Source: an uncultured Clostridia bacterium (GTDB taxonomy: Bacteria; Bacillota; Clostridia; Christensenellales; CAG-314). From it: DNA of 64,000 bases. Of this stretch, positions 26,534 through 37,300 are shown piece after piece (within the stretch, counting starts at the first letter, position 1; every line of letters begins with the position of its first letter). The DNA lies in the NCBI GenBank assembly GCA_947629985.1, contig CANRFV010000001.1, positions 49,329 to 113,328 on the forward strand, given 5' to 3'. The position numbers and the translations under genes are program-made. Below the pieces are notes generated by a model. The model was not told where the DNA came from and did no database searches. It worked only from the letters and a program-made list of their open reading frames with translations.

Positions 26534-27082
26534 TTAAACTTCGTTTCCCCAACAGTCCCAACCCTCTGCGTACTGTCTTGCGAACAACTCAATGCGGGGA
26601 ACATCGCCGAACAGTTTTACGATACTTTCACGGACAAAGGGTGGCTTGACGGAATGTCCCATGCGCGGGTGCATGACCACTTGCCGAACGGTTTTATCCG
26701 CGCTTTTAAGGTGTCCTCTCATGCCCAATAAGCACAATTCGGCGTTTGCCTTTGTGTAACTTCCCATGCCCGCAAGCGGACTTCCGTCTTTCTTCGTCTT
26801 GATCCAAGTAAAAGCACAGGTCTTGTAATGGAATCCCCACGCCTGCATGACTTTGATTGCATCGGGCAGACAGGGCATCGTTGCCCACATCAGTAACGCA
26901 CAATTCTTTGCGGCTATCCTTTTAATATCAAGGGCGCATATTTCATCTGTTGACATTGTGCTGTAATGTTTTTCGGGCGCAAAATGCCCGCCGTCTTTGC
27001 CTTTGCCCCACAAGTATGCCCACGGTGGATCTGCATAAATGACGCTGTACTTTTTCTCCGTTTCAAAGATGTTCTCTTTCAT
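26534..27082 (-). CDS. MT-A70 family N6-adenine DNA methyltransferase (orphan)
   Basis: YSVIYADPPWAY (DPPW catalytic motif), 182 aa, typical MT-A70 size and layout. Confidence 0.88.
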   Translation of the reverse strand: MKENIFETEKKYSVIYADPPWAYLWGKGKDGGHFAPEKHYSTMSTDEICALDIKRIAAKNCALLMWATMPCLPDAIKVMQAWGFHYKTCAFTWIKTKKDGSPLAGMGSYTKANAELCLLGMRGHLKSADKTVRQVVMHPRMGHSVKPPFVRESIVKLFGDVPRIELFARQYAEGWDCWGNEV

Positions 27083-27085
27083 CTT

Positions 27086-28795
27086 TTACGACTTGGCGTT
27101 GACACCAAAATGTCCGCCTTTTCCACTGCCGGACGAACGAGCAGGCGCACTCGTCTGTTTGCCTTTTAAGCCCTCTATGAACTTGATTTCGTCCTTTATC
27201 AGCTGTTGATAATAAGCGTTCGGTTTCTCGTCGCGGTATTGTCCCGATGATTTGAGAATACGCATAATTTGTTCCTCATCGCCCGTAAACATCGCAAGAC
27301 GTGAAAGTAATGATCGCTCGTCTTTTGCTTCGCTTCCGAGAAGTGAACCACCATTATACAGCGTATCGAACTTCTCTCCGCTCTTTGTTGCTCTCGCTCT
27401 TTCAACCACATCTCTATCACTCAAATGAGTAAGGCTGTCAATACCTCTACCCGCCATATCCACGGTGGCAATCGTCGCTCCAACGACCGCTCGCGCCGCG
27501 ATTTCCTGTGCGGCAATTTCACTCGGACGAATATAGATTTCTGACTGCACTTCCTTTATCTCTTCCTTTCGACGTTCGCTTTGTTCCGTTTCAGCATTTT
27601 CATTTTTTGCGCTTATTTCCCGAAGTTCGTCAAGACTTACCTCTTGGAACTCTTTATCCGAATACATTGGAAGTTCTTGCATTTTGCCAACCTCTGCCAT
27701 TAGAGCCTCACGACTGTCAAACGACGTTGCAAATGCCTGCCTTACTTGCCCGTGTTCGGATGCCACATAGAGCCTGTAAATCGGATCTCCAAGTTCATTT
27801 GTATCTTCCTCAACGGCAAAATGCTCGACCTCTTTCTGCGTTTCCTTTGCCATAACGAATTTCGCAATTTTGTCGGCTTCGGCAATAGCCTCAAACAGAA
27901 CATCTGGGTTATCTTTGATTTTTTCTTTCCAAGACTCTATGTATGCCGCATTGTTTTGGATATGGTTTTCGCCCATTTCAATCTCCAAGTCCTGCGCAAT
28001 AAACATCGAAGCAATTTCCGCTCGTAGTTCTTCCTCTGCGTAAGACGGAGTACCAAAGCCGTCCCCCATATTCCTGTTCAAACGTTTCTCGTGTCCCGTG
28101 CTATGCCCGACCTCGTGCAGAGCCGTTGAGTAGTATTCCTGCATTGAGTAGAAATCCTCTTTTTGCGGCAAATGTATTCTGTCCGTTCCTTTATGGTAAT
28201 AGGCTTGACTGCCGCCGTAAATGATAGGCGATTCTGTTTCGCTCCATAATTTTAAGATTGCTTCTGCTCGTCCGGAATAGCCACTTTGATCTATCTCGTG
28301 CTTCTGTCGTTCGGGAATACCCTCGATAATGTCGCCGTTGAATACACGGTAATATTTACGAAGCGGAAAAACGTTCTCCTTCATATATTCTTCTCGCTCG
28401 TCTGCGGTCATACCGTCCAAAACGTGTCTATCGAAAGGTTGTTTCGTTTCCTTATCCCGTAACTCAAAATACTCTATGACTGCTCCTGCACCCTTGCCGA
28501 GCGATTTTCCTTGCTCATTCGTCCTGAACTTCCAACCTTTATCGTGTATTTGGTTGAATGTAGCCCAACGATTATCCGAATAGCCGTTCGCCATAGCCAC
28601 GAGAGTCAGAAAGAAGTTGTTTACTCCCCTATATTTCTTGCCCGTGATTGCCGATTCGGGAGTACCTGCGTTTGTCCAACCCTGATGCCAAAGTCCACCG
28701 CAATTTTCAAGGTTTTTCAGCACCTCATCTACAAGCTGTTTTCTTTGGGGTGTCAACTTGTCGTAAGCATCATTTTTTATCGTTGTTTCACTCAA
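27086..28795 (-). CDS. ardC: ArdC-like antirestriction protein (ssDNA-binding N-domain + zincin metalloprotease) with a C-terminal PriCT-like extension
   Basis: The N-domain has LWHQGWTNAGTPESAITGKKYRGVNNFFL and the HExxH site is ALHEVGHSTGHE. The C-terminal ~85 aa (DRDVVERARATKSGEKFDTLYNGG...SRLAMFTGDEEQIMRILKSSGQYRDEKPNAYY) are homologous to the tail of the giant protein. It uses a TTG start with a GGAGGAGG RBS. Confidence 0.88.
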   Translation of the reverse strand: MSETTIKNDAYDKLTPQRKQLVDEVLKNLENCGGLWHQGWTNAGTPESAITGKKYRGVNNFFLTLVAMANGYSDNRWATFNQIHDKGWKFRTNEQGKSLGKGAGAVIEYFELRDKETKQPFDRHVLDGMTADEREEYMKENVFPLRKYYRVFNGDIIEGIPERQKHEIDQSGYSGRAEAILKLWSETESPIIYGGSQAYYHKGTDRIHLPQKEDFYSMQEYYSTALHEVGHSTGHEKRLNRNMGDGFGTPSYAEEELRAEIASMFIAQDLEIEMGENHIQNNAAYIESWKEKIKDNPDVLFEAIAEADKIAKFVMAKETQKEVEHFAVEEDTNELGDPIYRLYVASEHGQVRQAFATSFDSREALMAEVGKMQELPMYSDKEFQEVSLDELREISAKNENAETEQSERRKEEIKEVQSEIYIRPSEIAAQEIAARAVVGATIATVDMAGRGIDSLTHLSDRDVVERARATKSGEKFDTLYNGGSLLGSEAKDERSLLSRLAMFTGDEEQIMRILKSSGQYRDEKPNAYYQQLIKDEIKFIEGLKGKQTSAPARSSGSGKGGHFGVNAKS

Positions 28796-28922
28796 AACGC
28801 AATCTCACCTCCTCCGTCAAAATCGGTTCTTCTTCGAAGTCGTCATCATCGAAGTCCATAACTTCGTCAAGGTTATATCCCACAGGGATCACTACTTCGG
28901 GTATTTCTTTTTTCTGTTTCAT
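28788..28922 (-). CDS. Possible 44-aa acidic small protein
   Basis: Below the ORF-track cutoff. The ATG at 28922 follows GGAGGAAAA. The translation is MKQKKEIPEVVIPVGYNLDEVMDFDDDDFEEEPILTEEVRLRFE, and the stop overlaps the ardC start. Confidence 0.3.
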   Translation of the reverse strand: MKQKKEIPEVVIPVGYNLDEVMDFDDDDFEEEPILTEEVRLRFE

Positions 28923-28958
28923 TTTTCCTCCGTTTTCAATCTTATCGAATTAATTTAT

Positions 28959-29019
28959 AGCAAATTACTTAAACAAAATACTACAAAACACTTAAATGAT
29001 TTGCAGCAAATTACTTAAA
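28959..29019. repeat. Perfect 15-bp direct repeat agcaaattacttaaa (28959-28973 and 29005-29019)
   Basis: Read directly from the sequence. The two copies are 46 bp apart, and the second ends 4 nt before the -35 of the ATPase promoter, so they are a candidate operator pair. Confidence 0.6.
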
Positions 29020-29023
29020 TTAT

Positions 29024-29053
29024 TTGACTTTTCACAGCCGATAGTTGTATAAT
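29024..29053 (+). promoter_or_regulatory. Sigma-70-type promoter of the plus-strand ATPase gene
   Basis: TTGACT (29024-29029) - 18 nt - TATAAT (29048-29053), 25 nt upstream of the ATG, with a GAGG RBS. Confidence 0.5.
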
Positions 29054-29078
29054 ATAGAAAATATAAGCGAGGTTTACT

Positions 29079-30377
29079 ATGAGCGAATACACTTATCTTC
29101 CAAGACTTATGGATGCGCAACTTCAAGAGACGCTTTCATACATCGGTGCGGTGCTTGTCGTCGGACCCAAATGGTGCGGTAAGACCACCACTGCCGAAAT
29201 GCACGCAAAAAGCGTTTTGAAAATGCAAGATCCCGACCAAGCAAAAGGTTATCTTGCCACTGCGGAAACCAAGCCGTCCATACTTCTTATGGGCGAAAAT
29301 CCACGACTTTTGGACGAATGGCAGATTGCCCCTGTTCTTTGGGATGCCGTGCGCACAGCTGTAGACAACAGGCACGAAACGGGTCTGTTCATATTGACAG
29401 GTTCAAATTCCGTTGACGACAAGCAAATCATGCACTCAGGCACAGGCAGGATCGCCAAATTGCAAATGTATCCAATGAGCCTTTACGAATCAAAAGAATC
29501 GAGTGGTTCCATTTCGTTACAAGAGTTGTTTGACAATCCAAACCTTGACGTTGACGGCATAAAATCCCCCCTATCCATAGAACGCCTTGTTTTTGCCGCT
29601 TGCCGCGGCGGTTGGCCTGCAAGCCTGAATGCACAAACCGAAAAAGGCGCATTATTCATTGCAAAGACCTACCTGCAAAGCGTTTGCGATGAAGATTGTT
29701 CGAGCATTGACGGAGTAAAACGCGATCCGCAACGGATGAGAACACTGCTACGTTCCTATGCCAGGAATATTTCCACACTGGCGACCAACGCTTCGATCTT
29801 GTCAGATCTGCAAGCAAACTTTTCCGATTTCAGCGAGCCGACGCTCTACGCTTATTTGAACGTACTTAAACGCTTGTTTGTCATAGAGGACGTCCCCGCT
29901 TGGAATCCTGCGATCCGTTCCGCCTCATCTATCCGGAGCGGTGACAAAAAAGAGTTTACCGACCCGTCCATTGCCGTCGCCGCTCTCAATCTTACTCCCG
30001 AAAAGTTGCTGTTTGACCTACACACATTCGGCTTTATATTCGAAACTCTGTGCATAAGAGATTTGAAAGTCTACTCTTCTGCACTTGGAGGAAGAGTGTC
30101 TTACTACCACGACCGCTTTGGTTTGGAAGCAGATTGTGTACTACATCTTGACAACGGCAAGTACGCGTTGATCGAGTTCAAACTTGGCAGTAAACAAATC
30201 GAAGAAGGCGCACAACATTTACGTCAACTCGGCGACCTGATACGCAAGCATAATGCCGAAAACCCTCAACAACGTTTGTCCGAACCCGATCTACTCATTG
30301 TGATAACAGGCGGCGAAATTGCATACAAGCGTGACGATGGCGTATATGTTATTCCTATCGGGTGTTTGAAAGACTGA
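29079..30377 (+). CDS. AAA-family ATPase of the AAA_14 + DUF4143 type
   Basis: Walker A is VVGPKWCGKTTTAE and Walker B is LFILTGS. The C-terminal restriction-endonuclease-like region (E..D.V....KYALIEFKLG) is typical of DUF4143 ATPases. This is the only plus-strand gene in the window. Confidence 0.85.
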   Translation: MSEYTYLPRLMDAQLQETLSYIGAVLVVGPKWCGKTTTAEMHAKSVLKMQDPDQAKGYLATAETKPSILLMGENPRLLDEWQIAPVLWDAVRTAVDNRHETGLFILTGSNSVDDKQIMHSGTGRIAKLQMYPMSLYESKESSGSISLQELFDNPNLDVDGIKSPLSIERLVFAACRGGWPASLNAQTEKGALFIAKTYLQSVCDEDCSSIDGVKRDPQRMRTLLRSYARNISTLATNASILSDLQANFSDFSEPTLYAYLNVLKRLFVIEDVPAWNPAIRSASSIRSGDKKEFTDPSIAVAALNLTPEKLLFDLHTFGFIFETLCIRDLKVYSSALGGRVSYYHDRFGLEADCVLHLDNGKYALIEFKLGSKQIEEGAQHLRQLGDLIRKHNAENPQQRLSEPDLLIVITGGEIAYKRDDGVYVIPIGCLKD

Positions 30378-30383
30378 TTTTTC

Positions 30384-30415
30384 GCGGCTACCGGCTATTC
30401 GGTAGCCGCTTTCCT
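30384..30415 (+). terminator. Rho-independent terminator between convergent genes
   Basis: A perfect 10-bp stem gcggctaccg / cggtagccgc with a 6-nt loop, followed by tttcctt. It lies between the ATPase stop (30377) and the giant-gene stop (30420). Confidence 0.7.
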
Positions 30416-30419
30416 TGTC

Positions 30420-31300
30420 TTACACTTTACCGTTACCGCCACCCGATGATTTGGGCGCGGAATTGCTTGCTTTGGGCGGATTATATGCCGGGGACGATTT
30501 CACGGCTTTCATCGCGGTGTACTCATAGTAACTTTGCGGTTTATCGGGCCGATAGAGTCCGCTCGTCGCAAAGATGCGGAGCATCTGATCTTTGTCGTGT
30601 CTGCACCAAAACGCAAGCTGATTCATAAGACTCATGTCGCTGTTGCTGTGATTATTTCTAATGTCCTCGCCGTTATAAAGCCTTTTGAATGTGTCGCCGT
30701 TTTTGGCACTCATAGCCCTGTCGAGAACCTCTCTGTCGTACATCACTGACAAACCGTCGATACCTGCGCCTACGCCTTTCCACTCGGTGCGCTTCTCGCA
30801 TTTTTGCGAAATAAACTCGCGCATACCCGTCTTATCGAGGTCTTTGAGTTCTTTGCTCGTAACGCTCGTTAAAGGGTTGCCTGTCATAGCGATGAAGTGT
30901 TTGTCTTGGTAGAACTCCAAATCACCGTCTTTCGAGAACGCTCTCACATCGAGGTTCTGCATCTTGCCGAAAACGTGGAGACCCTTACCGCTAATCGAAC
31001 GCTCGCTGTACGTCCCGTTGCCGAAACCCGCCGTTGTCGCACCAACCGAATTGATATTGCCTACCTCGTCAATACAGTCGTCCACGTCGATGCAGACGAT
31101 ATTGTCCTGCCCGTCGAGAGCGTAGGCAAGTGCAACGCCACCATTCTCTTTGGCGTACTGACAAGCCGAGTCAAAGTCCGTCCACGTTGAGGCATCGTTG
31201 CTCTTTGCCGCCTTGCCTGTATGAACATCTATGAGATACTTGTCAAATCGTCCCGTGTCCTTGTTCTCGCTCGTGCGGACGATGACCCAATTCGGTTTGG
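30420..31300 (-). other. Domain: archaeo-eukaryotic primase-polymerase (PrimPol) + PriCT-like helical tail (aa ~3820-4114)
   Basis: The DxD motif is NIVCIDVDDC (about 31074-31094) and the sGxGxH motif is SISGKGLHVFG (about 30966-30992). The tail is NGDTFKRLYNGE...SNSDMSLMNQLAFWCRHDKDQMLRIFATSGLYR. Confidence 0.75.
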
Positions 31301-34300
31301 CTTTCATCTCAGCGGGAACGTTCTCACGGAGATTTTTCTCCACCGCTTCAAACGCCTTGACTTTTTCTTCGCTTGGCTTTCTGAAATTCGTTTCGTAGTC
31401 CTCGTTGGTTTTGTCCTTGATCGCCGCGACGAGTGTCGCGGCATCGAGGTCGATCACCTTGTCGTCGCCTTTGAGATGTGCCGTGAAATCTTCGGGAATA
31501 CGCAAGTCCAAACCTTTCTCGCTCTCTTTTATAAAGCCGTTTGGGACATAGCAAACAAGTCCCGCATATTCCCCTTTCGGCATCTTCAAGAGTGTGCTGT
31601 TTTCGTACTTGTGCAGAACGGCTTTCTCGTTCAACGGAACGGTCTGCCACTTCGTTTGTTGTTCATCTTCGCCCTGTTGTTCGCGGTATTCGTCCATTGC
31701 GGTCGGCTGACGTTTATAGCTGTCTGCGTTCGTCTTGCCGAGCAACTCCGCGAACTGCTCTCCCGTGAACTGAACTTTCTCGTCCCCTTTACGCAAGGTT
31801 ACATTGAAGTTCTTGCCGATGTTCGCCGCAATGTCGCCCTTCTCCGTATCGGTATTTTCTTTGATGACCGAATTGGGAAGATAGTAAATGTACCCGTCGT
31901 ACCCTACACCGTTCGGTGCGGCAAAAAGCGTCGTACTTTCATAGGTTTTCATTACCGCTTCTCGTGGAATGACAATATTGTTCCTCTCGCTCTGCGGCGT
32001 AGCATATCTTTCCGATGTCGAGCCGTCCACAAGGGCGATGAACTCCTTTGCCGACAATTCCTTCTCGTCACCATCGCGGTTTTTGAGCCGAACGATTTCG
32101 TCCTCTGCGATAGCGATTCCCCATGCACTTTCGCTCTCATCGCCTTGACCATCCAATGGAATTACGGTTTCCCACATGCGATTTGTGAATACGTTGTATG
32201 TGTAGTCCTTGTATTCAGGGTTATCCTGCGGCATTTTCATCCACGTCCACCTGTTGTAGATGCGAATGACCGCATCTGTGCTGACCTTGTATCTGAGCCA
32301 ATTTCTCTGCGGTTTTGTTGCCGCTTGTGCCTGTGCCTGATTTTCGGGCATTTCTTTTTCTTCCTCCTTAATTTCTGATTTTTGCTTCTCGTACTCTTTT
32401 CTGATATCGTCCGCGACCGAGTTCACCAACACGGGATGCGCCGAAAGATGCAAACCTGCACGGCTTCTTTCATCTCCCGTAAGCGGAACAGTTCTCGCCC
32501 ATTCCTTGTTCTCGTCCGTGTATCGCTTGTCCCAATCACTCTGCGTTATCGTCGATGCGATAATGTTAGAAACGCGATCTATGCCGTACTTCTCGACGAA
32601 ACCCTTGACAAACTCCTTGTTCAGAATGTTATCTTTGAAGTTGTTGCCGATTGCTTTGTCAAGTTCTTCCTTACACTCCTGATTGAGACGCATTGACCAC
32701 CTGTACTCTGCAATTTCGCCGTGTTCAAGCGCATACTCCGCTGTTTGCATATATAGTGGCTCGGCTCTCCGAACTGCCACTTGCATGCTCTCGATGTTTC
32801 GGACGGGAATTTTCAACTCTTCCTCTGCAATGTCGCGGTCTAACTTCAAGAACTGAATGTTGTATTCATCCAACTGCTCTTTTGACAGGTGGCAAGTGGG
32901 CGCAACGATGATGTACCGACTTGTCTCTCTTTTGATTTCTGCAAGATTCTCTCTGTTTAGTGCCGGCAAGAAGTAATACGCTGTTCCGTTTTCATCATTG
33001 CCGAAGTAATACGTTTGTTCGCCATTAAAAAGAAGCGGTTGTTCCATGATATCATCGTGGAAATGCTCGTTGTATCCTTTTATAAATTGTGCTGTATCCC
33101 AATATGTTTCAACGCTCACTCCGTCTCTATCTATAAATTCATCGTAGAGTAACCGCAAAACATTTCCGCGTTCCTCGTATAAGGCACGAAAATCCTTCTC
33201 TGTTAAATCTTCTCCGTCTTGTATGGTGTCGCATAGTTCCGTGTAGATGTGTATTTTATAGTTGTTCAGAAACACTTCTTCGGGAGACTTGTTCAACATT
33301 TTCGCTTTGAAGTCCGCGAACTCATTGGCAACACTATCTTGGACGATCTGCTTATATACAAGTTCCTCTCCCGTGAAATTCTCAATCTGCTCCGCATGGG
33401 GATATTCCTGTTCCAGGAAGTCCTCGGCGGCTTGATAACTTGTAAAGTCGTAGTCGCCCTGCGCCCATTCTCCCCTACGGTCGTTATAACCACGGGCAAC
33501 GATATAGTCTTTGTCTCCGTTTGTGCGCTCACGACGCAAAATCGCGTGTTTTCTTTCACCGTCATCAAACACTGCAAGGACAGGATAGCCTTGCTTGGAT
33601 TTTTTCTTAAAGTTCCCTTCAACTTCAATATCGTCAAGCATTGCCGCCGTGAACGGATCTTCGTCCGCGAAGTCTTTGGGGTTTTCCTCTTTCATTGCTT
33701 GCTCGTAGTTTTCTTTCTCTTCTACCAATTTTTTCTCCTCAATCTTTACTGCCTCTTCTGCGTATATACGAAGCTCGTTATCAAAAATGTTTCGTGCGAT
33801 TGCTCTCTTTACATCAGCCAACGTCCAACCATAGGCTTCATACGGCACACCACCCAACCTGCCTTTCTGTTCGGAAATGAGATCCATAATGTACGGTTTC
33901 GTTTCATCCGCAGTCGGTGGCTCAATACCTTTCAAAAACTCGTTGAGTTCTGTTTTTTCCTCGAAATTGCTGTCCGATAACGGGTCGGTAAATTTAGCAT
34001 CGAAGTAGTCCATTTCACGATTGAGAAGTATTCCATTTGCATCTGCCACCACTTTCCTTGCGTACAAGTAAGCCACTCCTTCTTTTGAGTTTATAAACTC
34101 GTTCCAGTCTGGCTTTTCCACGCCGAAGATGCCGTTATGCACTTCAATGTCGTTCTCGCTCTTGACTTCGCTTTCCGTATCATTTCCGTAAAGTGCATAG
34201 AGAGTTATATGGTTCAATAGGGTTTTAGCCATTTCTCTGCGAACAGGCAGCATACCATTCCATTTGTAGCCATAATCGTTCATACTTTCTTGGCTTATCG

Positions 34301-37300
34301 TGCGGTCGGGTAAAACTTCGACTTGCATTTCAGCCACTTTATCTTCGTTTTCTATAAAATCTACCTCCTTTACCCGTGGAATAGGCTCTATTACGAGTGT
34401 TTTTTCGCCACGGTCAACGAGCTGTGCAACATAATTATCAAGTTCGCTTTCCTTGATAGGCAACACTGCATAACTTTTCCCGTCCACTATTTCCGTCTTG
34501 ATGTGCAAACCGTTTTCGGCAGCAAACCGTTCCGCTTGCTCTCCAATCAAGTCATATCCGTCGCCATTCTTATAGAAGATGTTGACGTTGGGATTCTGTT
34601 CAGCCTGCTTATTGATTTGCTCGGTCGCAATATTGTCTAACCGTTTTCTCGGTCTCCCCTTTTGTGTTCGTTCGTTTCTATCAGGTAATACCGTATAGTT
34701 TTCACCATCCGATGATCCACCCTCATCTTCGATAATGACTTCTTCTCGCTTATCCAAATTAAGTTCGGCATTAAGTTCAGCCTGTTCTTTCAAAAGTTCT
34801 GCAAGATGCTCTTCATGTTCAAACGGCTTTTTTACTTCTTCCTCGGCTATCGCCAAGTTCTGACGTATTTGTTCCAACTTCTGAGTCATTCGTCTCTCGC
34901 GGTTTGAAAAGTCCTCTATGAAGTTCTCAAACCTTGTAAGATTACCGCTTGCACTTTGTCCGATGTTCATTCCATACTGACCGCTTCCTGCTATCGTTAC
35001 CGTGCGCTCCGCCCCTATCAATACTATTGGATCTATCGAGATTTTGAAACCGCAATACTCCGCAACAACTGTTTCCGGGCTGCTTGCATAAAGAGCTTCC
35101 GTAAGTGCCTTTCCGCCCTCTTTTTTGTCGGTATAAACTTTGCCGTTTACGCTTATCTCAAACGTTTCGGGGTTGTACTTCTCTTTAAGCATCGCCGTAT
35201 CTTCCCGTACACGTTCAATAAGAAGTTCCTGCCGCCGTATCTCTTCGGGGAATTTCTTGCGGATATTGTCCTGCAATGCGTAAAGGTTTTTACGGTATTG
35301 TCCCTCTAATACTCGTAGCCTTGCCACTTCTGCATCCACTTCCATTTTCCGTTTGATTCTCGGATTGGCGGCTGTGATTGCTTTGATTTCCGCATACGAA
35401 AGCGTTCGGTCGTCAATGTCCTCTGCCTCTCTCACCGTCAGGTCGCCTCTGTCGATTTGTGAAATAAACCTCTGCTTGTTTTCCAAGATTTGATAAGAAT
35501 AACTATCAAATGTTCGCTCGGTAACGTAAGTAAAGATTTGTACCTTTTCGTTAATGTTGCCTTGACGAATAATTCTTCCCTCACGCTGTTGCATATCGCT
35601 CGGACGGTAAGGCGTATCGAGATGATGAAGTGCCACAAGTCGCTTTTGTACGTTCGTTCCTGCTCCGCACTTTTCCGTACTTCCTATAAGCACTCGCACC
35701 GTGCCGCCGTTTACCTTGTCGAATAAGGCTTGCTTCTGCTCATCGGTATTAGCATCGTGAATAAACGCTATTTCTTCGGGCGGTATTCCACGCTCAACGA
35801 GCTTATGTTTCAGGTCGTTATATGCGTCAAAGTCTTTGCCGTACTCGTATTCCTCGTACCTGCATTTAGGCGTTGATAAGTCGCAGAATACGATTTGTGT
35901 TCCTTTCTTTTCCGTGGACTGCTCCCATACCTCATAGACACGGGCGGCGCACTCATTGAGTTTGCTTCCCTCCTCGTCGCTTGCCGTATCGACATAACAT
36001 CTCGGATCGAGAGCAAGTTTCTTGCCGTCGGAAGTAACCTTTAACATATTGTCAATGTGAGGATCAACGCCGCCACCGTTTATTCTGTCCGCTCTTTTTG
36101 CTATCTCCTCTGCAAGATCGACCACCGTGTCGCTCGGTTTGAGATTTACGACGATGCGCTCCGCTTCGGGTACGTCGAGCTTTACCATATCTGCCGTCTG
36201 CACATCGGCAAACGAACGATACATAGTCAGTAGTTCGGGTAAGTTCGTAAACTTGCTAAATCTCGTCCTTGCCTTGTAACCTTGTCCACTCGGCGCAAGT
36301 TCAAGCGACGTTACAGTTTCCCCGAAATCTGCCGCCCAGCTGTCAAAGAAGTTAATTCCTGCCTCTTGTAGTACGGACGGCTGTAAGTAAGATTGCATTG
36401 TGTACATCTCGGTCATTGAGTTGCTTATCGGTGTTCCTGTCGCAAACACAACGCCCCGGTCGCTTCCGTGTTTTTCCTGCAAGTATTCGATTTTCAGTTT
36501 TAGGTCGCTTGCTCGTTGGCTTGCCGCCGCCGAAATTCCTGCCACATTGTTCATCTTCGAGTACAAGAACAAGTTTTTGTAGTAATGCGCTTCGTCGATG
36601 TATAGATAGTCCACGCCAAGACTTTCAAAGTTCAGAACGCTGTCCTTGTCCGAACTATCCATCAATTTTTTGAGCTGTGCTTCCTTGCTCTTTTTAATGC
36701 GCTCCAAGTTTTTGACTGCGCCACGAGGCATCTCGCTTTCTTCCCACGTTTTCTTTACGGTCATTTCAATTCTTGCGATTTCTTTTTGCAAGTTTTCTAT
36801 CTGCCGCTCCGTCGAAACGGGGATTTTAGCGAACGAGCTTTGAGCGATGATGATTCCGTCCCAATCGCCCATTGCGCATTTAGAAACGAACTTCCTGCGG
36901 TTATCCTTTTCCAAGTCCTCTTTTGTAGCAATCAGAAGTTTAGCGTTCGGATAGAGCTTTCTCCATTCAGCCGCCCATTGCTGTACAAGGTGGTTTGGAA
37001 CGGCTACCATTGCCTTGTTACAAAGTCCGTACTGCCGCATTTTCATAATCGAGGCAATCATTGTATAGGTCTTGCCTGCGCCGACGACGTGATGTAAAAG
37101 CGTACTGACTTTGCCCGATATTATTCGATGAACAGCATTTTTTTGATGCGGTTTTAGTTCTATTGTCGGGTTCATCTCAGGAAAGCGCAAATACGAACCG
37201 TCAAAACTCGGAAGCCTTATCCTATTGAACAACGAATTGTATGTCCGCTCCAAGTCCTCTCGGCGTTCGGGGTCAGCGAATATCCACTTCGCAAATTCCT

